64,000 nt of DNA from Dehalococcoidia bacterium. GTDB lineage: Bacteria; Chloroflexota; Dehalococcoidia; DSTF01; JACRBR01. The position numbers and the translations under genes are program-made. The stretch lies in contig JBBDXD010000019.1 in assembly GCA_040902535.1 (NCBI GenBank), forward strand, positions 6,773-70,772, given 5' to 3'. The notes under the pieces were generated by a model that worked only from the letters and a program-made list of their open reading frames with translations, was not told where the DNA came from and made no database searches. Shown here one piece after another: positions 1 through 9,059 of the stretch (position 1 is its first letter; the number at the start of each line of letters is the position of its first letter).

Positions 1-13
1 CCAGCGCGCAAGA

Positions 14-622
14 ATGTTTGGGGCGAGAGGCGAATACTTGGAGCACTTTGAGCTCACGATCCCCGAACGCCTTTACGGCGACTGGCACCGCTGCTTCGTA
101 TTTCATCGGCTCGCACTTCAATCGATCAAGAACAATAAGGTCTCGCCCGTCTGGATAGGCGATGCCAGGATCTCAATCGCGGCCTCGTCTAGCATCGATC
201 GCGGAACGGTGGACCCTAACAAGGGCGAGATGTCCTTTCAGATCTTCGTCTGTCCCGATCTTGCGAAGTTGGACCAGATCGTCGGGATCGATCCGACGAA
301 TCTCGAGACGCTTCGCCGTTTGGCTAGGGAAGTGGGCGAAGGCTTGCCGCCCTTCCTGATCGAGTATCTAAAGGCTGCTCTCAAGGTCGCGCCGGGCGCT
401 TTGGCGATACACACGTCTAGTTCTATCGAAGGCTACAAGGCCGGAGCTGACCAACGGGCCATATCCCGAACGAAAGGATTCTTTGGGAACCCTCAACTAG
501 AGCCGGCGAAGTTTCCTAATGCGATTCACCACGTAAAGATCTTTCACAACGGCAAAGGCAAGGCGCGCCTTTTCTATAAGAACCTAGGAGGTGTGCAGTT
601 CGTTCAGAATCTCAAAGGATGA
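14..622 (+). CDS. hypothetical protein (5' end may be truncated by window edge); candidate restriction-endonuclease partner of adjacent DNA methyltransferase
   Basis: 202-aa ORF, co-directional and 70 bp upstream of a DNA MTase; AT-richer than surrounding genome; no recognisable catalytic motif. Confidence 0.4.
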   Translation: MFGARGEYLEHFELTIPERLYGDWHRCFVFHRLALQSIKNNKVSPVWIGDARISIAASSSIDRGTVDPNKGEMSFQIFVCPDLAKLDQIVGIDPTNLETLRRLAREVGEGLPPFLIEYLKAALKVAPGALAIHTSSSIEGYKAGADQRAISRTKGFFGNPQLEPAKFPNAIHHVKIFHNGKGKARLFYKNLGGVQFVQNLKG

Positions 623-692
623 CGCGCTTAGAGAGCGATCCAAGGTGTCCCTTGCCCCGCATGAAGCTCCCAATCGCGGGTGATATGACGAG

Positions 693-1991
693 ATGTTGAG
701 TGTCCATAAGCAGACCGTGTTTGAGGCGCTTGGGCGCAACCCTATCCATCCATTTCCCGCGCGAATGGCTCCCGGAATAGCGATGAAGGCGCTCGGCCAA
801 GCTGGCCCCACGCTTAGGGTTCTTGATCCGATGGCCGGCTCTGGCACCGTGCTCGCCGTGGCGAGAGCCCAAGGGCACAGAGCCTTTGGAGTGGACCTAG
901 ATCCCCTCGCGGTGCTTCTTTCAGACGTCTGGACGCGGAGCATTGAGCCCGAGGACATTCGCGGTAGCGCGAGAATTGTGTTGCGCCGGGCAGAACGCGA
1001 ACTCGTAGAGACGGGATCCGCGCGTGCGTATCCACGCCGTAGCGACCGAGAGACGCGCGATTTCATTCGTTACTGGTTTGACGCTCACTCACGCCGACAG
1101 CTAACGGCCCTCTCGCTCGTGATCTCTCGGATCCGTGAAGAGACGACACGAAAGGTACTTTGGTGCGGCTTCTCACGTTTGATTATCACGAAGCAGGCTG
1201 GAGCCTCGCTGGCGATGGACTTGTCCCACAGTCGCCCGCATAAAAAGTTTGACCGAGCTCCGATCGAGCCTTTTAGTCGGTTTGTCGCCGCAGTGGATGC
1301 GGTTGTTGCTAACTGTCCGCAAGTGGGCCGAGGACAAGTTGGACCCCCTGCAGTCGTTCGGGAAGGCGACGCCCGAAACCTTCCGATTCGCGACCGGTCG
1401 ATCGATCTTGTGTTGACCTCTCCGCCCTATCTAAACGCGATTGATTACCTGCGTTGCAGCAAGTTTGCCCTGGTATGGATGGGTTACACAGTCGCCGACT
1501 TGCGCAAGATCCGAGGCATGTGCATAGGGAGTGAGGTGTCGCTAAGTGCGGGACGCGAGCCGGACTGGATGCCTGCTTTGTTAGACGAACTTCGTCTGCG
1601 CCCGCCACTATCGGATAGAAATCGAGCGATAATGGCGCGCTATATTACGGATATGGATCGTGCCGTGGCCGAAGTAGCGCGCGTGTTGAGGCCAGGCGGG
1701 CGCGCGGTCTATGTCGTCGGTGATTCAACCGTTCGAGGAACCTTTGTCCGCAATTCGACGGCCGTAGCCAGCCTTGCACGGCGACATGGCCTCTCGCTGA
1801 TATCGCGTCAGTCAAGGTCTTTACCTCCGAATCGCCGCTACTTGCCACCGCCCACCAGTGATAAGGCATCACCGACACTCAGCGCCCGCATGCGTCGAGA
1901 GGTGGTGATGGTTTTTAGTCAGCCCGGCGAACAAACGGCGACCCGTCGCGTTATGCAAAAGCCATTGAAGCGCCACTCGCACAGCGCCTAG
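693..1991 (+). CDS. DNA methyltransferase, alpha-class amino-MTase (N4-cytosine or N6-adenine)
   Basis: Motif X-like PIHPFPARMAP, motif I DPMAGSGT (FxGxG SAM pocket) at aa ~45, motif IV SPPY at aa ~245 (order X-I-TRD-IV = alpha class); region is lower GC than flanks. Confidence 0.8.
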   Translation: MLSVHKQTVFEALGRNPIHPFPARMAPGIAMKALGQAGPTLRVLDPMAGSGTVLAVARAQGHRAFGVDLDPLAVLLSDVWTRSIEPEDIRGSARIVLRRAERELVETGSARAYPRRSDRETRDFIRYWFDAHSRRQLTALSLVISRIREETTRKVLWCGFSRLIITKQAGASLAMDLSHSRPHKKFDRAPIEPFSRFVAAVDAVVANCPQVGRGQVGPPAVVREGDARNLPIRDRSIDLVLTSPPYLNAIDYLRCSKFALVWMGYTVADLRKIRGMCIGSEVSLSAGREPDWMPALLDELRLRPPLSDRNRAIMARYITDMDRAVAEVARVLRPGGRAVYVVGDSTVRGTFVRNSTAVASLARRHGLSLISRQSRSLPPNRRYLPPPTSDKASPTLSARMRREVVMVFSQPGEQTATRRVMQKPLKRHSHSA

Positions 1992-2351
1992 TACGAGAAA
2001 GTCGTTCCACAAGCCGGGGTCGGGTCGCTTCGTGGGTACGTGTACGCGCTCAGCTACGTCTACCGTCGCCGTCATGCGATAGGCACCCTTCTCCATGCAC
2101 GGTCAGATACCAGACACCCCGTCCGCCTCGTGCGGCTGCCGTCGCATTCGGCAATGAACAGCGACCCTTCGATGCGTGATCCGCGCGTGGGAGTGTTACG
2201 CCCGTGATCCTTCGCGTGCGCTCAGGACGGACTGTCGCTTTGGCCGCTCAGGATGACTCGGCTTCGGCGCCGTCTGGCTCATGTTGCCGCTGTCGCATAG
2301 CATGTCGCCGGTTCGAGGCGAATCTGAGCGCCGGCGCGTGGCGCGGGTGAG

Positions 2352-3065
2352 GTGCGCATGGCGGGAAGTTCTATCGTGGAGAAGGCGCGGGCCGAAGGGC
2401 GCACGCTGCTGACGGAGATCGAGGCGAAGCAGATGCTCGAAGAGGCGGGGGTGCCGGTGTCGCCGGCGCGGCTCGCCACGACGCGCGACGAGGCGATGGC
2501 CGTCGCGCGGGAGCTGGGCTTTCCGGTCGTGCTGAAGATCGTGTCGCCGCAGATCACGCACAAGAGCGACGTCGGCGGCGTGGCGCTCGGGCTGACGTCG
2601 GCGGCGGAGGCGGGCGAGGCGTTCGACCGCGTGGTGGCATCGACGAAGCAGCACGTGCCGGACGCGACGATCGAGGGCGTGGCGGTGCAGCGGATGGAGC
2701 GCCAGGGCACGGAAGTGATCGTCGGCGTGACGAGGGACCCGCAGTTCGGGCCGGTGCTGATGTTCGGGCTCGGCGGCGTGCTCGTCGAGGTGCTGAAAGA
2801 CGTCGCGTTCCGCGTCATCCCGATCAACGAGCGCGACGCGCGGCAGGTGATCCACGAAATCAAGGGCTACCCGCTGCTCGAAGGCTATCGCGGCAGCGAA
2901 GCGGCGGACATCGGCAAGCTGCAGGAATTGTTGCTGCAGGTATCGTCGTTCGTCGAGGCGCATCCGGAGATCGCGGAGTTGGACCTGAATCCCGTGTTCG
3001 CGTACGCGGACGGGGCGATCGCGGTGGATGCGCGGATCGTGATTGACGAGACAACAGACAACTGA
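2352..3065 (+). CDS. acetate--CoA ligase (ADP-forming) beta subunit, ATP-grasp domain
   Basis: 237 aa; ATP-grasp-like GFPVVLKIVSPQITHKSDVGGV, LGGVLVEV, ELDLNPVF motifs typical of NDP-forming acyl-CoA synthetase beta subunits. Confidence 0.75.
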   Translation: MRMAGSSIVEKARAEGRTLLTEIEAKQMLEEAGVPVSPARLATTRDEAMAVARELGFPVVLKIVSPQITHKSDVGGVALGLTSAAEAGEAFDRVVASTKQHVPDATIEGVAVQRMERQGTEVIVGVTRDPQFGPVLMFGLGGVLVEVLKDVAFRVIPINERDARQVIHEIKGYPLLEGYRGSEAADIGKLQELLLQVSSFVEAHPEIAELDLNPVFAYADGAIAVDARIVIDETTDN

Positions 3066-3166
3066 CAACAGAGGGAACAGCAAACAGCAAACGGCAAACG
3101 GCAGACGGCAAAGGGTTGGAACGGCACCGCGAACGTGCGAACTGGTGAGGGCTGATGCATAACGTC
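3062..3166. repeat. ~100-bp direct repeat unit, copy 1 (contains heptamer array CAGCAAA/CGGCAAA x5)
   Basis: ctgacaacagagggaacagcaaac...cgaacgtgcgaactggtgagggctgatgcataacgtc; second copy at 3215-3312 (~85% identical). Confidence 0.7.
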
Positions 3167-3385
3167 ATCCTGAGCGAAGCTACGTCCCTACGATCGGCGC
3201 GCAACGATAGACGACTGACAACAGAGGGAACAGCAAACAACAAACAGCAAACACCAAATGGTTAGAACGACACCGCGAACGTGCGAACTGGTGAGGGCTG
3301 ATGCATAACGTCCCTACGATCGGCGGATCGCGGCGGTGGGCGTTACGCACCGAGAGATGCTTCGCTTCGCTCTGCATGACGGGGC
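3163..3385. repeat. composite REP/MITE-like element with imperfect terminal inverted repeats
   Basis: Left end tcatcctgagcgaagc (3164-3180) is reverse-complementary to right end gcttcgcttcgctctgcatgac (3353-3378); contains two copies of core ctacgtccctacgatcgg (3179-3202, 3308-3333) that recur at 33838-34020 and inverted at 39290-39345. Confidence 0.45.
3215..3312. repeat. ~100-bp direct repeat unit, copy 2
   Basis: Same 5' (ctgacaacagagggaacagcaaac) and 3' (cgaacgtgcgaactggtgagggctgatgcataacgtc) ends as copy 1; internal heptamer array diverged. Confidence 0.7.
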
Positions 3386-3433
3386 ATGGTGTGTGCAGCA
3401 CGCCAACGACGTAGAACTGATAACTGAGCACTT

Positions 3434-4873
3434 ATGACTCAATCCTTCGATCTCAAGCGCGCATTGAACCCGAAGACCGTCGTCGTTGTCGGGTCGAAGC
3501 GCGCTGACGGGTATATGTGGCTGCGCAACTACGCGCCGTTCGGCGAGAACGGCGGCGCCCTGTACTCGGTGCAGATCGACCCGAACGAGATCCCCGGCAT
3601 CGAAGAGATGGGCGTGAAGAACTTCACGTCGCTGATGGACGTGCCGGGCGACGTCGACTACGTGATGCTCGCGGTGCCGCGGCCGGTGGCGCCGCGTGTC
3701 ATGGCGGACTGCGCGAAGAAGGGCGTGGGGGCCGCTGCGCTGTTCACGTCGGGGTTCGCGGAGACCGGCGAAGAAGAGGGCATCAAGCTGCAAGCGCAAC
3801 TGTTGCAGATCGCGCGCGAGGGCTACATCGCGCTGATCGGGCCGAACTGCATGGGCCTGTACAACCGCAAGCTGGGCATCCGGCAGAGCGGCGAGCAGGG
3901 CGCGGGCGAGGCGGGCGACGCCGGCTTCATCTCGCAGAGCGGGACGCACGCGATCAACTTCGGGCTCGTCGGCGAGGCGCACGGCGTGCGCGTCAGCACG
4001 TCGATCAGCATCGGCAACGCAATCGTGCTCGATGTGCCCGACTATCTCGACTACCTAGCCGACGACGTCGACACGAAAGTGATCGCGATGTACGTCGAGG
4101 GGTTCAAGGACGGCCCGCGCTTCGTGCAGTCGCTCAAGCGCGCGACGGCGAAGAAGCCTGTGGTCGTCTGGAAGGGCGGCGTGACCGACGCGGGCGCGCG
4201 CGCGACGATGTCGCACACGGGATCGCTGGCGGCGTCGAACGCCGTGTTCAGCGCGATCGTCAGGCAGGCGGGCGCGATCGCCGCCGACAGCCTCGAAGAC
4301 ACGATCGACGTCGTAAAGGCGCTGCTGTACACGAAGCCGGCGACGGGGCGGCGCATGGGGCTGATGGCGATGACGGGCGGCCAGTCAGTGGTGATCACCG
4401 ACGCGTTCGTGAACGCGGGGCTCGAAGTGCCGCGGCTGTCCGACGCTTCGTACGAGCAGCTTGCGTCGTTCTTCAACATCATCGGCGGCAGCTACCAGAA
4501 CCCGCTCGACATGGGCGGCACGATCGGTTTCGGCGGCGCGCCGGGAAACTTGCAGAAGCTGCTCGACATCCTCGACGCCGACCCGAACGTCGACGCGATG
4601 GCGATGGAGATGGCGTCTGGCTTCCTGGCGCGGATGTGGCGCGCGAACCCGGCGAGCCTCGACAGCATGCTCGACACGCTGACGGCGCATCGCGACCGCT
4701 CGTCGAAGCCGTTCCTGGTGATCTTGCAGCCGCAGCACGTCGAGGACATCGTGCGGGAGGCGCGGCTGCGCGTGCAGGAGCGCGGGCTGGCGGTGTTCGC
4801 GTCGTTCGAGCGCGCGGCACACGCGCTGCGGAGGGCTGTGGAGTACCGGCGGTTCGCGGCGGGGATGGATTAA
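3434..4873 (+). CDS. acetate--CoA ligase (ADP-forming) alpha subunit (CoA-binding + succinyl-CoA-synthetase-like domains)
   Basis: 479 aa; N-terminal CoA-binding Rossmann (KTVVVVGSKRADGYMW), LIGPNCMG, ISQSGT motifs. Confidence 0.8.
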   Translation: MTQSFDLKRALNPKTVVVVGSKRADGYMWLRNYAPFGENGGALYSVQIDPNEIPGIEEMGVKNFTSLMDVPGDVDYVMLAVPRPVAPRVMADCAKKGVGAAALFTSGFAETGEEEGIKLQAQLLQIAREGYIALIGPNCMGLYNRKLGIRQSGEQGAGEAGDAGFISQSGTHAINFGLVGEAHGVRVSTSISIGNAIVLDVPDYLDYLADDVDTKVIAMYVEGFKDGPRFVQSLKRATAKKPVVVWKGGVTDAGARATMSHTGSLAASNAVFSAIVRQAGAIAADSLEDTIDVVKALLYTKPATGRRMGLMAMTGGQSVVITDAFVNAGLEVPRLSDASYEQLASFFNIIGGSYQNPLDMGGTIGFGGAPGNLQKLLDILDADPNVDAMAMEMASGFLARMWRANPASLDSMLDTLTAHRDRSSKPFLVILQPQHVEDIVREARLRVQERGLAVFASFERAAHALRRAVEYRRFAAGMD

Positions 4874-4897
4874 GTCCCGGTAGTGGCTCGAAGTCTG

Positions 4898-5992
4898 TCA
4901 GTTGTGCGTTGATGCGCCGGCCGGTGGGGTGCGACGGTACACCCGCGCGAGTGCCAAACTCGAGGCCAACGGAAGCGCGATCGATAGAGCGCCGACGCTC
5001 GCGAACGCCACCCGGTGGGACGTCTGACAGAGAAGGGCGTCTGCACTAGCCCCTGAGCATTCGTGGCGCGATGTTTCCGGCGAAGTAAACCAGACTACGG
5101 ATATAGCGAGCACGCCTATAAGAATGGGCCGCAACGCCCCGTGGATGAGCGTGACTATGAATCCCAGCGGTGGGTTCCACATGAGCCAGCCAGCGCCCGG
5201 TGCCAGTGCGAGGAGGCTAGCCCAGAGAATCCAATTGGGTGCGGACCCTGGGAGTAACACCCCGGTTAGGACAACGCCGGTTACAAGCGCCGGAAGCAAT
5301 TCAAACGTGAGTGCGAAGCGAAGGAAGGGTCTGCCCTCGGGATTCAGGAGGCCCTGCGCACGAAGGGCAAGCAGGACCCCCGACAATACGGGTATCAGCA
5401 CAAGGATGCCAGCCAGTGCGAAGTAACCCCAGGCATCATCCTGCATCGCGGACAGACACTCTGCCTGACCGGCAGCTGTATCGCCGTAATCGAGGCAGAT
5501 TGGGTCGCCTTCGATGTCGGTTGCACGCGCGCCAAGGGCCAATTGTTGAGCGTAATACAGCAGAAGTGCCACCATCATGAACCGATAGACACCGTGAACA
5601 ACGGTAAACGGCATGCCGTACCGCAACGGCCGAGACACGAGCCAACCGATTCCAGGAAGTATCGCAACGGCGGCGAAGGAGATGGCAACGGGTTCAGGGA
5701 TATCACCCGGAAGCAGAGCCGTGAGAACCAATAAGAGGAGCGCAGCACCCGGGAGCACTTCGAGCGCTACGGACAGTGTCACCGGGACGGGCGTGGGAGC
5801 CCCGACCGCCGGGCGCCGTGCGGCCAAGCCGCAACCGAAACACGGGGCGCCGTTGTCGTCGATGGGGCGACCACACAGGTGGCAGTGGACGCCATCGACA
5901 CTCGCGGCCGGAGTGTCGCATCGCTGCCGCCGTGTGTGGCGCATACTGCATCCAAGCTCGTGCCGGTACTCCATCCTGCAAAGCGTAGGCAC
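4898..5992 (-). CDS. integral membrane protein with N-terminal zinc-ribbon (CxxC...CxxC)
   Basis: HCHLCGRPIDDNGAPCFGCG followed by ~8 hydrophobic helices; start codon uncertain. Confidence 0.45.
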   Translation of the reverse strand: MPTLCRMEYRHELGCSMRHTRRQRCDTPAASVDGVHCHLCGRPIDDNGAPCFGCGLAARRPAVGAPTPVPVTLSVALEVLPGAALLLLVLTALLPGDIPEPVAISFAAVAILPGIGWLVSRPLRYGMPFTVVHGVYRFMMVALLLYYAQQLALGARATDIEGDPICLDYGDTAAGQAECLSAMQDDAWGYFALAGILVLIPVLSGVLLALRAQGLLNPEGRPFLRFALTFELLPALVTGVVLTGVLLPGSAPNWILWASLLALAPGAGWLMWNPPLGFIVTLIHGALRPILIGVLAISVVWFTSPETSRHECSGASADALLCQTSHRVAFASVGALSIALPLASSLALARVYRRTPPAGASTHN

Positions 5993-6107
5993 CTAGAAGC
6001 CCGATGACAATACCAAGCTACCGGAGGTTTGGCGCCCTCGACCGTGGAGCGTAGGTTAGGGCCCCCTAGGCTCCACGGCGGGCGCTGGTGCCGGCGATTG
6101 CGAGAGA

Positions 6108-6135
6108 GACCCTTCGCTTCGCTCTGAGTGACGGT
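6108..6135. repeat. solo copy of REP/MITE terminal motif (gcttcgcttcgctctgagtgacgg)
   Basis: Near-identical to 3353-3380 (gcttcgcttcgctctgcatgacgg). Confidence 0.4.
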
Positions 6136-6207
6136 TGATGGCACCCGCTTCGTCTGCGCGCGAAGCCGTACAATTCGCCATCGGCGGCGTAAGGGAGAGC
6201 GGCAGCT

Positions 6208-6627
6208 ATGCGACGAAACATCAGCAGCGGATCGAAGTGGGAGCCGATCGTCGGGTATGCGCGGGCGGTGGTGGCGGGCGGCTACGTGCACGTCTCGGGC
6301 ACGACGGCGACCGGCGCTGACGGCGAGATCGTCGGCGCGGGGGATGCGTACGCACAGGCGATGCAGGCGCTGCGAAACATCGAGGCGGCGCTGGCGCAGG
6401 CCGGCGCTTCGATGCGGGACGTCGTGCGGACGCGGATGTACGTGACGGACATCGAGCGCGACTGGGAGGCCGTCGGGCGGGCGCACGGCGAGTTCTTCCG
6501 CGACGTGCTGCCGGCGACGTCGATGGTGCAGGTGGCGCGGCTGATCGACGAGCGGATGCTCGTCGAGATCGAGGCGGACGCATTCGTTGGAAGCGGGATG
6601 CGGGAGGCCGGAGGCGGGAACTCGTGA
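6208..6627 (+). CDS. RidA/YjgF family reactive-intermediate deaminase
   Basis: 139 aa; [24 protein letters not shown] ... RTRMYVTD ... [10 protein letters not shown] typical of YjgF/RidA fold. Confidence 0.8.
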   Translation: MRRNISSGSKWEPIVGYARAVVAGGYVHVSGTTATGADGEIVGAGDAYAQAMQALRNIEAALAQAGASMRDVVRTRMYVTDIERDWEAVGRAHGEFFRDVLPATSMVQVARLIDERMLVEIEADAFVGSGMREAGGGNS

Positions 6628-6776
6628 TTCGGCGTCAAGTTTGCGTTCGACCACGGGTCCCGCAACCGATGTTGCGATTGCTATCCCGTCCTGTGGCTTA
6701 GAATATGTTCAGTGGCGGCCGCGCGATCCAGACTGACCGCCGACCCGCTGACCGCTGACCGCTCGCCCCCGCAAGC

Positions 6777-7790
6777 GTGAAGGACTCTGCCTTGCACATG
6801 CCATTTCTGCCATCGCCCGGTGGGCGCTTCCGGATGCCGCTGTTCGGGTTGGCGTTGCTGCTGCCGCTGGCGTTCATCCCGCTGTCGCACTGCAAGTCGG
6901 ACAAGCCGCCGCCGCCGCCGGGCCCGGTCGGCTACGGCGTGCTGGAGTTCGCCGGCAGCGAGGACAGCGACGCGCTCGAGCACGTCAACTCGCTCGGCAT
7001 CAACGTCTTGTTCAACTGGTCGGAGCTGGAGCCGGAAGAAGGCGTGTACGACTGGGGCGAACTGGACGACGCGCTCGCCATCGCCGAGATACACGGGAAG
7101 CGCGTCGCGCCGCGCGTGTACACCAGCGCCAGCGACTTTGGCGAAGCGACGCCGGACTGGGTATTCGATGCCGGTGCCGAGGGTTACATCCCGGACGACG
7201 ACAAGGAAGTCGTGCAGCCGGTGCCGACCGACCCGGTGTTCACGCAGAAGTTCGGCGCGTTCCTGCAAGCGCTCGGCGACCGCTACGACGGACACCCGGC
7301 GATCGAGTTCTTCCAGACGAACGCGGGCATGGGCACGTTCGGCGAGATGGTGTGGGGTGTGCCCGATCACAACAAGCCGGACGGCTGGTCGCCTGACGTG
7401 CAGATCGAGACGTCGAAGTACTGGATCGACGAGTGGCGCGAAGCGTTTCCGAATACGCCGCTCGTGTTGATGGAGAACTTCGTCGGATTCGGGATCCTCG
7501 AGGAAGTAGCGGAGCACGCCGTCGACCGCGGCTTTTATCTGCAGGCGAACGACCCGGACCAGCCCGACGAATCGATCGACGTCATGCGCGAGTACGACGG
7601 CGACACGAAGATCATCATGGAGATCGAGGACGCCGGCTGCCAGTCGGCGCTGGGCGACGAGTTCGACGAGACGGTCGAAGAGGTGTTCGCGATGGACTTT
7701 TCGATCGACTATCTGACGATCTGCGGCGAGACGTTCGAGTTCGAGTCGGAGCGCGTAGACCGGGCGATCGCGAAGCTGCGGCGGCCGTGA
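6777..7790 (+). CDS. lipoprotein, putative TIM-barrel glycoside hydrolase (GH42/GH35-like N-terminal motif)
   Basis: Signal peptide with lipobox LSHC; NWSELEPEEGVYDW resembles GH42/GH35 beta-galactosidase N-terminal motif. Confidence 0.5.
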   Translation: MKDSALHMPFLPSPGGRFRMPLFGLALLLPLAFIPLSHCKSDKPPPPPGPVGYGVLEFAGSEDSDALEHVNSLGINVLFNWSELEPEEGVYDWGELDDALAIAEIHGKRVAPRVYTSASDFGEATPDWVFDAGAEGYIPDDDKEVVQPVPTDPVFTQKFGAFLQALGDRYDGHPAIEFFQTNAGMGTFGEMVWGVPDHNKPDGWSPDVQIETSKYWIDEWREAFPNTPLVLMENFVGFGILEEVAEHAVDRGFYLQANDPDQPDESIDVMREYDGDTKIIMEIEDAGCQSALGDEFDETVEEVFAMDFSIDYLTICGETFEFESERVDRAIAKLRRP

Positions 7791-7801
7791 GTTTGGCGGC
7801 C

Positions 7802-7822
7802 GGATGCTGGATGCTGGATGCT
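7802..7822. repeat. heptamer tandem repeat (GGATGCT)x3
   Basis: ggatgctggatgctggatgct 12 bp after stop of 6777-7790; followed by aacctgacttaaaactgagaacttaaaactgac low-complexity spacer. Confidence 0.6.
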
Positions 7823-7913
7823 GGCGCAGCACTTAGAGCCTCGAACCCGGAACCTGACTTAAAACTGAGAACTTAAAACTGACGCCTTAGCACTGCGACC
7901 GAAGGGAGCCACC

Positions 7914-8261
7914 ATGCCCAACGACGCCTGTCTGTTCTGTCGCATGGCGTCCGGCGAGATCGATGTCCCGAAGTTGTACGACGACGACCTGGTGTTCGCG
8001 ATCCGCGACATCAATCTCCGCGCGCCGGTGCATCTGCTGATCATCCCGAAGAGTCACATCGACGACGCGCGCGTCGTCGGCGACCGGCAGTCGGCGACGC
8101 TGGGCCGCATGTTCGCGGTGTCGTCGGCGCTGGCGGAGGGCGAGGGGCTGCGGGAGCGGGGGTATCGCATCGCGTTCAACGTCGGCGAGGACGCAGGCAT
8201 GACGGTGTCGCATCTGCACATGCATGTGCTGGGCGGGCGGCGGTTGGGGGCGGAGGGGTAG
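7914..8261 (+). CDS. HIT-family (histidine triad) nucleotide hydrolase
   Basis: 115 aa; C-terminal HLHMHVLGG histidine triad. Confidence 0.85.
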   Translation: MPNDACLFCRMASGEIDVPKLYDDDLVFAIRDINLRAPVHLLIIPKSHIDDARVVGDRQSATLGRMFAVSSALAEGEGLRERGYRIAFNVGEDAGMTVSHLHMHVLGGRRLGAEG

Positions 8262-8282
8262 GTGGCAGGGAGTTCGGAGGGC

Positions 8283-8423
8283 GGAGTTGGGAGAGAGAGC
8301 AAACGGCAAACGGCAAACGGTGAACAGCAAAGTGGACGACGGACAACAGACAACAGACAGCAGACAACAGACAACAGAGGGTACGTCGCTGACACCTGAC
8401 ACCTGACACCTGACACCTGACAC
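8283..8423. repeat. mosaic of heptanucleotide tandem arrays (GCAAACG)x3, (GACAACA/GACAGCA)x5, (CTGACAC)x5
   Basis: Directly readable 7-nt periodicity; the (CTGACAC)5 block (8389-8423) ends 13 nt before the ATG of 8437. Confidence 0.8.
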
Positions 8424-8436
8424 CCTGGAGTGCACG

Positions 8437-9018
8437 ATGCGGATCTCGTTGTTGTGGCTGTTCGTATTGGCGGCGCTGATCCTTCACGCCGGGCCACAAC
8501 AGGCGTTCGCGTGTTCGTGCGGCGGCTCGCCCCCGACGGACGACGAGTTGATGCGGGCGCGGCTGGCATCATCGGAGCGCGCGCTGGTCGTCGCGATCGT
8601 CGAGGGGCCGGTTGAGGCGAAGCCGATCGATGGCAGCCGATATGCCACGCTTCCAGGCGCCGCCTTCCGCGCCGAGCGCGTGTATCGCGGCGACGTGCCG
8701 GCGCGCTTCGAGATGGGGTACGTCACATGCACGAGGCCGCCCGAGTTCACCCGCGGCAGCCGCTGGCTCGTCGAAATGACGCAATTCGAGGGTCGGTGGC
8801 AATCTGACCTCTGCTCAATCACGACCGAGGTCGGATCACGGCAGGGGCAGCGCTACGTCCCTTCGATCAATCGGATCCTGGGAACGCCGCCGCTGCTGCC
8901 GAACGATGACGGCGGCGCGTCGATGCTCACGGTGGCACTCGCAGTCGCCGGATTGGGCGCGGCCGCGGGTGCGGCGGGGTACGTTGCGCGGCGGTGGCAA
9001 CGGGAACATCATTCGTGA
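8437..9018 (+). CDS. secreted, C-terminally membrane-anchored N-TIMP/NTR-like (OB-fold) putative metalloprotease inhibitor, paralog 1
   Basis: Signal peptide MRISLLWLFVLAALILHAGPQQAFA|CSC; mature Cys1, Cys3, Cys73, Cys101 (TIMP-2 disulfides are C1-C72, C3-C101); ERALVVAIVEGPVEAK ~ TIMP ADVVIRAKAVSEK; RVYRGDVPARFEMGYVTC ~ TIMP KMYKGF..IRFVYTP..SVCG; C-terminal TM + RRWQREHHS. Confidence 0.55.
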   Translation: MRISLLWLFVLAALILHAGPQQAFACSCGGSPPTDDELMRARLASSERALVVAIVEGPVEAKPIDGSRYATLPGAAFRAERVYRGDVPARFEMGYVTCTRPPEFTRGSRWLVEMTQFEGRWQSDLCSITTEVGSRQGQRYVPSINRILGTPPLLPNDDGGASMLTVALAVAGLGAAAGAAGYVARRWQREHHS

Positions 9019-9059
9019 GCGGGGCGTCATACTCGTAGGCAAGGCGGATGAGGTGGGCT

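Noticed and set aside
3062-3312. Possible CRISPR array (direct repeats with spacer)
   Set aside because: Only two ~100-bp copies with internal heptad repeats and no cas genes; unit length and structure are not CRISPR-like.
8389-8423. (CTGACAC)5 as CRISPR or coding repeat
   Set aside because: 7-nt unit, no spacers, lies in a 5' leader; kept as tandem heptamer repeat instead.
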